A stretch of 22,260 nucleotides of DNA from a virus (lineage: Duplodnaviria; Heunggongvirae; Uroviricota; Caudoviricetes): positions 1 through 22,260 of IMG/VR virus record IMGVR_UViG_3300035660_000003, one strand, 5' to 3'. The notes beneath the pieces were generated by a model. It saw nothing but the letters and a program-made list of their open reading frames with translations. It had not been told where the DNA came from and made no database searches. Positions within the stretch are counted from its first letter, which is position 1. Each line of letters begins with the position of its first letter. A program made the position numbers and the translations under genes. Below are positions 15,593-21,968 of the stretch, piece after piece.

Positions 15593-15881
15593 TTAATCAA
15601 TTGATTAATCTTTGGGCAAACGCTCAGTTTCGTGCTTAATCAGTTGATTAATCTTTTCGACGGTTTTTCGTCACGAGTCTTCGTATGGATTTTATTGGAT
15701 TTGACATATGTTAAAAAATGGTCGAACAACTACTTCGAACTTAATCAGTTGATTAAGTTTTTCGGTAGATTTCGTATTAGGCAAAATAATTAAACATCCA
15801 ATATTGGTAATAAAATGCCAAAAGATTCAACCGAAAGACTTATACGGACAAATTCGCTAGAATGTTTAATCAATTGATTAA
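15593..15881. repeat. Four copies of the 16-bp palindrome TTAATCA(A/G)TTGATTAA in non-coding DNA
   Basis: Copies at 15593-15608 (perfect), 15636-15651 (A>G), 15741-15756 (A>G) and 15866-15881 (perfect). Confidence 0.95.
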
Positions 15882-16037
15882 TCCGACATAACATTTAAAT
15901 ATGAGTCTGCCCACTTTAATCATGGTGTTCTCAAACATGAATTATAACAAAACAATCAAAAATTCTGACTATATTACATCTGAAATGGTGTGGGTTTGGC
16001 TATTGATGGAAGGTCAACGAAGAAGACCGCTTTAATT

Positions 16038-16343
16038 TTAAAATAATTTTCTTTGAGTCACTTCGTCTTCAACGAGCATTTGACCGAGGCTTTTTGGTCT
16101 CAATTGTTTAATGTTTTCGATGATGCTCCATTCTGATGTTCCTTCGACAGGTTTAATCCATCCATTGATATTCATGATTCCCCAATACTTGTCCTTTGTT
16201 CTTGAGTCATTTCCAATTGCCTGATAATACGGAGTCATTTCAAATTCGAATTTGGTGGCAGATTTACGGTTATTTTGTTCTAGCCAATTTTTTAGTCCAC
16301 AAGCCAACTGCCAAGCCTTATAGTTACTGTTCAATTTTCTCAC
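16038..16343 (-). CDS. Putative winged-helix DNA-binding protein
   Basis: Helix, helix, then DSRTKDKYWGIMNINGWI and a beta-hairpin KPVEGTSEWSI, resembling D.RT..KY...L...G.I wHTH endings. The start may be TTG 16334 (GGTGA SD). Confidence 0.55.
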   Translation of the reverse strand: MRKLNSNYKAWQLACGLKNWLEQNNRKSATKFEFEMTPYYQAIGNDSRTKDKYWGIMNINGWIKPVEGTSEWSIIENIKQLRPKSLGQMLVEDEVTQRKLF

Positions 16344-16473
16344 CTGTCATAGTGAAACCACAATGATTGCATCGGTAACGTCTTTTTCTCCCTTGGAGTG
16401 TGCCTATGTATCCTAATTTCTGCATTCGTTCACTGCATTTGGAACATAATGGATTATCTAAATTTGGTTTCAT
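16324..16473 (-). CDS. 49-aa C2C2 zinc-ribbon protein (not in ORF track)
   Basis: MKPNLDNPLCSKCSERMQKLGYIGTLQGEKRRYRCNHCGFTMTGEKIEQ; GTGATTAAA SD; TATA 30 nt upstream. Confidence 0.8.
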   Translation of the reverse strand: MKPNLDNPLCSKCSERMQKLGYIGTLQGRKRRYRCNHCGFTMTGEKIEQ

Positions 16474-16503
16474 TTTAATCACTAGAGAAGATACACACAC
16501 TCA

Positions 16504-16519
16504 TATTTAAAGATTATGG
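16504..16519 (-). promoter_or_regulatory. BRE+TATA promoter CCATAATCTTTAAATA for the Zn-ribbon/wHTH pair
   Basis: Consensus match with appropriate spacing to the ATG at 16473. Confidence 0.7.
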
Positions 16520-16530
16520 TTTTGCCATCC

Positions 16531-16812
16531 TTTTTTAAAAAATTTTTGTGCGTGTGCAACATTTCAAATGAGCACGTTCGAACGAACGACAAGTAGAGTA
16601 GTCTCATTCGTTGCACTCACAGTAGAGACTCATTCGCACACAGAGACTCATGCACAGACTCATACACTCATACTCATTCATATATACAGCATAGCATAAC
16701 ACAGTCGCACAGCACAGCACAGACGAATTAAAAAGAACACATACACAATCACTAAAGTTCTACACGCACACGCAAACATCGCATAGCACACAACATAGCA
16801 CAGCACAGCCGA
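16531..16812. repeat. Non-coding C/A-skewed tract with nested CTCAT repeats and GCACA/GCATA pentamer runs
   Basis: T6A6 palindrome 16531-16542; CTCAT at 16603, 16629, 16647, 16659, 16667, 16673; (GCACA)3 at 16707-16721; (GCACA)2 at 16798-16807. Confidence 0.85.
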
Positions 16813-16823
16813 CTACAATCACA

Positions 16824-16839
16824 CCGCAAAGTTTAAATA
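16824..16839 (+). promoter_or_regulatory. BRE+TATA promoter CCGCAAAGTTTAAATA
   Basis: Near-perfect window consensus, 26 nt before the ATG at 16866 (probably a leaderless transcript). Confidence 0.75.
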
Positions 16840-16865
16840 TCACAATCTCATAACAATAATAACAG

Positions 16866-17141
16866 ATGAAACCAATGCGACATCTCAAATTTAAATTTAT
16901 GTTACCTACAATATATGGCGGGATATTCTACCATCAAGAGAAGACCATATACATTTATGCCATAAATCTTCCCAAAGAGACTGAAGCAACCTTCGTTGAT
17001 GAGATTGAACAGTTAATCACTCATGAAGTGCTTCATGCCATTGTTTTAAAAGTTACAGGTTCAAGAACTGCTAATAAAATGGACAAAATATTCAAGAAAG
17101 TTTGGCATTGGGATGTAGAAGTATATAATCAACTCTATTAA
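16866..17141 (+). CDS. Minimal HExxH zincin-like metallopeptidase
   Basis: G.FYHQEKTIYI strands followed by the helix LITHEVLHAI. Confidence 0.65.
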   Translation: MKPMRHLKFKFMLPTIYGGIFYHQEKTIYIYAINLPKETEATFVDEIEQLITHEVLHAIVLKVTGSRTANKMDKIFKKVWHWDVEVYNQLY

Positions 17142-17180
17142 AAGATGGAAAGAATTTTTGTTGAATTTGATTAGTTCCGA

Positions 17181-17618
17181 TTACGGACTTACTATTTCTA
17201 CGTCTATTGACCAGCCAGTTCCTTGACCGCTTGCTTCTTCACCTATGATGTCATCTGGTCCACCTGTTCGAGGTCTCCAACGATATAAACGACAACCAGT
17301 TATCGTTACACTTGTATTTGCGATTGGAACACCAGCATTAGTAATCAAACTACCTTTTAGAGTAAATTCCTCTTCACTCTGGAATAAGTCTAAGAGTAAA
17401 TCTTCCAGATAAGAGTCAGCATAGAACCATCTTGTCAAAGTGAATGTTACAGTCTTGCTTCCAGCACTATGTTTTCTAGTTCGAGACCCATAAACTGGTT
17501 CTGCTCCGCCTTCGTAGCCAAGGTCAATGTCTAATCCTTCACAAACGCCAATAGTATGGTCTCCGTTTGTATCGGTAATCACTATTACCAAATTCGTTGC
17601 TCGATATGGTCCACCCAT
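17181..17618 (-). CDS. Tail tube protein
   Basis: 145 aa, beta-rich: IG..EG.DI...E..VYG.....AG.K.V.FTL.R.F...ITITGC......G..DDII.EE..G. Own promoter near 17660-17680. Confidence 0.7.
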   Translation of the reverse strand: MGGPYRATNLVIVITDTNGDHTIGVCEGLDIDLGYEGGAEPVYGSRTRKHSAGSKTVTFTLTRWFYADSYLEDLLLDLFQSEEEFTLKGSLITNAGVPIANTSVTITGCRLYRWRPRTGGPDDIIGEEASGQGTGWSIDVEIVSP

Positions 17619-17707
17619 ATTTTATCATCTCTTCTTTTAGTGATTGGAAGAATAGCGTTTTTTAGTATTTAAGGTTATTCCTAAAGATTATCAATTTCTG
17701 TTAATCG

Positions 17708-17723
17708 CCATAAGATTTAAATA
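17708..17723 (+). promoter_or_regulatory. BRE+TATA promoter CCATAAGATTTAAATA for the terminase operon
   Basis: Consensus match; GGTGA SD before the ATG at 17766. Confidence 0.7.
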
Positions 17724-17765
17724 CTCTGGCTGTTGTTATTACATTATAACTATGGTGAGTCTTGA

Positions 17766-18224
17766 ATGGTAGTAGCTAGAATAATAAACTGGAAAGTTGG
17801 GGACAATGAAAAAATTATTTTAATGGTTCAAATCGAAATGGAAGGTCAACCCCCAGTAGATATTGAAGCAGAATTGCCATTGGAAGTAGCCAAAGAAATT
17901 GTTACGGAAATGCCCCCATCAGAAGCCACTAGAATCCACGAATTAATTGATTTAATTCACGCTAAAATCACGGAACGAATTTTAACAGTTGAAGCAATTG
18001 CTAAGGAACTTGAAGACCTCAAAACAGAAAATGAAGGTGCAGTTACGGCTCTAAAGGGTGCGACTAAATCATTGGAAATTAAAAAATGGGTTGGAATCAT
18101 CGGAGCTCTTACAACTCGTAAGCAGTTGGTCACGGAAAGAAGACATACTATTAGATTATTAATCAACGAAGAAGCCAATTTGCGAGTTCAACTAAGAGAA
18201 ATACAATTAGGAAAGCGGTCATAA
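17766..18224 (+). CDS. Helical protein directly upstream of TerL; candidate terminase small subunit
   Basis: Position, size and oligomerisation-like helices only; no HTH recognised. Confidence 0.45.
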   Translation: MVVARIINWKVGDNEKIILMVQIEMEGQPPVDIEAELPLEVAKEIVTEMPPSEATRIHELIDLIHAKITERILTVEAIAKELEDLKTENEGAVTALKGATKSLEIKKWVGIIGALTTRKQLVTERRHTIRLLINEEANLRVQLREIQLGKRS

Positions 18225-18225
18225 A

Positions 18226-19923
18226 ATGCCTAAAACACGTTCAGTTTACGACGAAGAATTAAAAATGATGGAAAAATTTAGAGGCAATCCGCAATTAACA
18301 AGAGAATATTCAGAATGGCGAAGAAAATGGCGGTTGGCAGGTCCAGTAAGATTTGCTCTCGAAGTCCTTCAAATAGACCCAAATACTGGAAATCATCTCG
18401 AACTTTCAGGAGACCAAATAGAATTTCTGGAAGATTTGGCTTCTGGAAGAGTTAGATTAGCAGTTATAGTGGCTGGTCGTGGTGCAGGTAAAACGTTTGT
18501 TTTGGCTGTTTATGTAATGTGGCGAGTTTTTACACATGAAAATTGGCATATTGCCTGTATGGGTGGTTCGAGTGAACAGTCTGATAAGATTCATGCATTT
18601 ATTACGGGATGGATTAATAATAGTGATGATTTGAAGAAATATAAGTTGAAACTCATTGAGAAGGAAGTCAAAAGTTTAGCCAATGGTTCTGCAACATTTC
18701 ATGCTTGCTCAGGCACATCAATTCGAGGTCCACATACTCACGATGTTATTATAGATGAAGAAGCCTCTGGTGAAGAGGCGGGCGGAACAAGATTCATCAG
18801 AGCGGCTATTTGGGAAGTTTCAACCAGTCCTGATATTCACATCATAAAGGCTTCAACTGCTCACTTTATTCATGGCGATTTCATTCAAACTTGGAATAAC
18901 GCTGAAAAACTTGGTTACAAACGTTATAGATGGGCGATAGTGAGACACACATCTGGAGAAAAAGACCCATATAAAATTTACACAGATATGAATCCCAAAA
19001 ACTGGTTGTCAAACCTTCCTTGGATGCCAGACAGAAATGTTCCAATTCTTAGAAGCGATAAATCAAATGATGAGTGGTTAGTCGAGGCTCTCGGCGGAAT
19101 AAGCATTTCATCAGGTCTAGTATTTAATCCAAACGATGTTGATTCATGTGTGTGCACATATTGTCCTGACCACGATTTACAATGCATACCATATAAAGAA
19201 GGATATTGTCCAATGGTTCAATCATTTCTTCAATTATGTGGTGTGCCTGAAGAAATGATTCCCGTATCCAATAGATTGGCATTGATGCAATTTGTTAAAG
19301 AAAGAATTATGGGAATAGATTGGGGCGAAGCATCTCCATGTGCTTATTCAGCCGTCGGCAGATTCCGAGATTTTATCTTTGTTTTAATTAGTCAGGAATT
19401 TGTTGGACAAACTGATTCGGAGAAAATCCATTTTGCTTCTGAATTAGCAAAAAATCTTCAAATTGAGATTATCCGTCCAGACCCAAGAGAATGGGCTTAC
19501 AATAATGCCTTGTCAAATTTGGGTTTTGCCGTTCATAAGCTATTCAATGTTGAAGGTGGAAAAGATAAAACTCAATATGTTTATACGGTTAAACGATATA
19601 TTGAACGTCATATGATTGTCATTCCATGTGCTTTTGAGGATTTAATTAGAAGTCTTAAACAATTGTCTTATGATGAACATGGAGTTATTCGCAAACAAGA
19701 CGACCATAGTTTTGATTCTCTTTTATACGCTATGAGTTATTATGGAGAAGTTGTTGGACATTCACCATTTTGGCGGGCAATGCAAAAACTGACTGATACA
19801 TATACTTATGAACTTACAGAAGATGATACTCAAACCAAAAAAGAAATAAAAACAAGTGAACAAGACCAAAGTGACCCATGGTCCAAAGTATGGGGCGGGT
19901 TCGATTTGTGGGGGAAAAAGTAA
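18226..19923 (+). CDS. terL: Terminase large subunit
   Basis: Q motif (LSGDQ), Walker A AGRGAGKT, Walker B VIIDEE, nuclease GIDWG and DDHSFDSLLY. Confidence 0.95.
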   Translation: MPKTRSVYDEELKMMEKFRGNPQLTREYSEWRRKWRLAGPVRFALEVLQIDPNTGNHLELSGDQIEFLEDLASGRVRLAVIVAGRGAGKTFVLAVYVMWRVFTHENWHIACMGGSSEQSDKIHAFITGWINNSDDLKKYKLKLIEKEVKSLANGSATFHACSGTSIRGPHTHDVIIDEEASGEEAGGTRFIRAAIWEVSTSPDIHIIKASTAHFIHGDFIQTWNNAEKLGYKRYRWAIVRHTSGEKDPYKIYTDMNPKNWLSNLPWMPDRNVPILRSDKSNDEWLVEALGGISISSGLVFNPNDVDSCVCTYCPDHDLQCIPYKEGYCPMVQSFLQLCGVPEEMIPVSNRLALMQFVKERIMGIDWGEASPCAYSAVGRFRDFIFVLISQEFVGQTDSEKIHFASELAKNLQIEIIRPDPREWAYNNALSNLGFAVHKLFNVEGGKDKTQYVYTVKRYIERHMIVIPCAFEDLIRSLKQLSYDEHGVIRKQDDHSFDSLLYAMSYYGEVVGHSPFWRAMQKLTDTYTYELTEDDTQTKKEIKTSEQDQSDPWSKVWGGFDLWGKK

Positions 19924-20168
19924 TGGAAGTCGAAGTGATACTATTAACTTCACAGATTCTAATGACTCTTGGAATGTTAATTATCACGGCATATCGTGTC
20001 AAACTTGAGAAAAAATCCGTTCAAGCCATAGTAGAAAATACTGAGGCAACCGAAAGAATTCGGGCATTAAAATGGGCTCTCAAATCGGAACGTGAACTAA
20101 TATTGACAATGAATGGCAAAGAGTTTATTGATTTTCTTGAAAAGGTGGTTTCAGATGAAAAAGAATGA
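19923..20168 (+). CDS. Single-TM membrane protein with charged C-terminus
   Basis: VILLTSQILMTLGMLIITAY hydrophobic segment; TAATG coupling to terL. Confidence 0.6.
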   Translation: MEVEVILLTSQILMTLGMLIITAYRVKLEKKSVQAIVENTEATERIRALKWALKSERELILTMNGKEFIDFLEKVVSDEKE

Positions 20169-20364
20169 CGTTAGTGGACTATTAATGGAACTTGGCAGTT
20201 TAATTGCCAAAATTGGATTTCCAGTTTCTTTGGCAGAAATAATTCTTTTCATGAGAATACCGTTTATAGGGTTTGGGATGATTTGGTCTGGTTTTATCAT
20301 ATTTATAATTGGACGACGAAAAATCAAAAGGAAGAAAAATAATGCGAATCCAACACAATGCTGA
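20155..20364 (+). CDS. Small 2-TM membrane protein with basic tail (holin-like architecture)
   Basis: IGFPVSLAEIILFM and IPFIGFGMIWSGFIIFIIG followed by RRKIKRKK; AGGTGG SD before ATG 20155. Confidence 0.6.
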   Translation: MKKNDVSGLLMELGSLIAKIGFPVSLAEIILFMRIPFIGFGMIWSGFIIFIIGRRKIKRKKNNANPTQC

Positions 20365-21001
20365 AATGGTAAAGAAGTTCAGCGAAATTATGCTCAAAGA
20401 ATATTATAATCAATCTGTTACTGGAAGAACTGGGTTGCATCGTTCAGATGCGATTTCTTGTCCATTGAAAGCGTATTTTCGGATTACAAAACAAATAGAG
20501 GCAATTTATTCAAGTCAGGATGTTGGAATGTTATTGTTGGGAACACTTGCTCACATTGCCTTACATAAGAATTTTGAGGCACAGGAAAAAGTCTTTACAA
20601 TTGCTGACCAGTTATATATCACCGTTGATGCACTATATGGTAAGTTTCCCATCGAGAGCAAATCAACACGTAAAAAAATCTATCGAAAGGAAGATTTACC
20701 TCAATCATGGTTGGAACAATTGGCGATTGCAATGTCGGTGATGAAGGTGGATACTGGATATTTGATGGTCTTAAATATTATTAATTATAGTTTGACGGTT
20801 TGGGAAATAACGATGACGGAAGAAGAAAGGGAAATGTTCCTTCAAAATTGTATTTGGCAAATTCTGGCAATTTTGGATTCCATTCAAAAACTCAAGCCAG
20901 AAATATTAACGCCAAAAATCGATGAGTGTAAATATTGCCCATACAGACCGCTAAGGGTTCGTGAGGGCTGTCCGTATTATGTAAAACCGAAAGAAGATTA
21001 G
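20342..21001 (+). CDS. Stand-alone Cas4-like PD-(D/E)XK exonuclease with Fe-S cysteines
   Basis: H.S....CP.KAY, LGT.AH, VDAL...IESK, EQL, CKYCPY......CP. Start moved to ATG 20342. Confidence 0.8.
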   Translation: MRIQHNAEMVKKFSEIMLKEYYNQSVTGRTGLHRSDAISCPLKAYFRITKQIEAIYSSQDVGMLLLGTLAHIALHKNFEAQEKVFTIADQLYITVDALYGKFPIESKSTRKKIYRKEDLPQSWLEQLAIAMSVMKVDTGYLMVLNIINYSLTVWEITMTEEEREMFLQNCIWQILAILDSIQKLKPEILTPKIDECKYCPYRPLRVREGCPYYVKPKED

Positions 21002-21333
21002 TCTTTTTTGTCTCTAAGTTCTGGCGGTAAAACTTCTTCATTATAATCAAGTCGTTTTAGAACGAGTTCAACTTCCATTTTTGGATTCAGACCTTTTACA
21101 GCAAGTAAAAGTTTCTTCAATCGTCTGTGGCTCATTATTTTTCCGCTATCTTCTTTCCATTCACGTTCTTCGTCCAGAAAAACCTCTGGATAATGAATCG
21201 CCAACCAAAGTAACATATCAAGTTCTCGCTCAATGCGTTTCTGAATACGATTCATATAAACGCAATGTTTGATGGTTTTCTTTGGCTGTTCAGGCAATGT
21301 TTCAAGATATACCTTCATTTTTTTGGTAATCAT
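20998..21333 (-). CDS. Hypothetical helical protein whose promoter carries the 16-bp palindrome
   Basis: GTGAT SD; own TATA at 21377-21384. Confidence 0.7.
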   Translation of the reverse strand: MITKKMKVYLETLPEQPKKTIKHCVYMNRIQKRIERELDMLLWLAIHYPEVFLDEEREWKEDSGKIMSHRRLKKLLLAVKGLNPKMEVELVLKRLDYNEEVLPPELRDKKD

Positions 21334-21347
21334 TTTATCACTTTCTG

Positions 21348-21365
21348 TTTAATCAATTGATTAAA
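21348..21365. promoter_or_regulatory. Fifth copy of the palindrome (TTTAATCAATTGATTAAA, perfect 18 bp); putative operator
   Basis: Shares TGTTTAATCAATTGATTAA with the copies at 15593 and 15866. Confidence 0.8.
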
Positions 21366-21376
21366 CGCATAACAAG

Positions 21377-21412
21377 TATATAAACTTTACGGTTTTTTCG
21401 CAACCTTTATAT
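21377..21412. promoter_or_regulatory. Back-to-back divergent promoters CCGTAAAGTTTATATA (minus) and CGCAACCTTTATAT (plus)
   Basis: Both match the window consensus; they serve the 111-aa gene and the TAC/tape-measure operon. Confidence 0.75.
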
Positions 21413-21512
21413 CTGACGATGCAATCATAACACATAATATGGACCTATTAAACAAAAAGAGTAAAGATAAGACATTTATATATGATATGCATATTACTAT
21501 TAGAGTGATTTA

Positions 21513-21968
21513 ATGTCGAAAGATGAATTTATCCGCAAACACAAACCCCTTACTAAGAAAGAAGTAGAAGAGAAATTTAAACTACAAGAAGAAGCCAAAA
21601 AGACAATGACGACTGATGCGGTAGTTCTTGAAAAGAATTTGACCGACTTCAATAAAATTACCGACCCATTAACTGACCCCGCAAGTGGTAATGTTCTATG
21701 CTGGATTAGGAGACCAACCCAACAAGAATGGGAAGAGATGCTTCCAACTGAATTGCTTGAATACAAAGGCAAATTAGAAGAAATACCAACTGATATATGG
21801 ACTAAACATAAAGACCTTCAGTTTGAAATGATGGCAAAACTTATTGTTAATCCAGAACACACCGCTCAAGAATGGAAAGAACGTTCGAATTTGGTCTTTC
21901 AGCAATTGTTCCAGATGCATTTGACTGGAATTCTGGAACTACTGGGGATAACTGCGGAAAATTTTTAA
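21513..21968 (+). CDS. Tail assembly chaperone (gpG-like)
   Basis: WIRRPT..EW motif, 151 aa, ends on a slippery heptamer followed by an overlapping -1 frame ORF. Confidence 0.75.
   Translation: MSKDEFIRKHKPLTKKEVEEKFKLQEEAKKTMTTDAVVLEKNLTDFNKITDPLTDPASGNVLCWIRRPTQQEWEEMLPTELLEYKGKLEEIPTDIWTKHKDLQFEMMAKLIVNPEHTAQEWKERSNLVFQQLFQMHLTGILELLGITAENF

Noticed and set aside
15593-15881. Mini-CRISPR array formed by the palindromic repeats (tempting given the Cas4-like gene)
   Set aside because: The repeat is only 16-21 bp and fully palindromic, and the spacers are 27, 89 and 109 nt, which is incompatible with CRISPR periodicity.
15894-16511. 13-bp inverted repeat TTTAAATATGAGT (15894-15906 and 16499-16511) as transposon ends around the Zn-ribbon/wHTH pair
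   Set aside because: No transposase and no target-site duplication; eight of the 13 bases are simply the TATA box, so convergent promoters explain it.
17181-17618. Assigning myovirus versus siphovirus morphology from the tail tube
   Set aside because: The short tube protein fits either type; no sheath or baseplate gene is in the window.
19147-19239. Intein or group I intron in terL
   Set aside because: No C/S...HN-C/S/T splice junction, no LAGLIDADG motif, and the reading frame is uninterrupted.
484-21772. Numerous antisense ORFs in the track (e.g. 484-879, 4019-4288, 10617-10907, 11835-12242, 17957-18178, 21500-21772)
   Set aside because: They lie opposite well-supported genes, are Phe/Ser/Ile-rich mirror images of Lys/Glu-rich coding strands, and lack SD or promoter signals.
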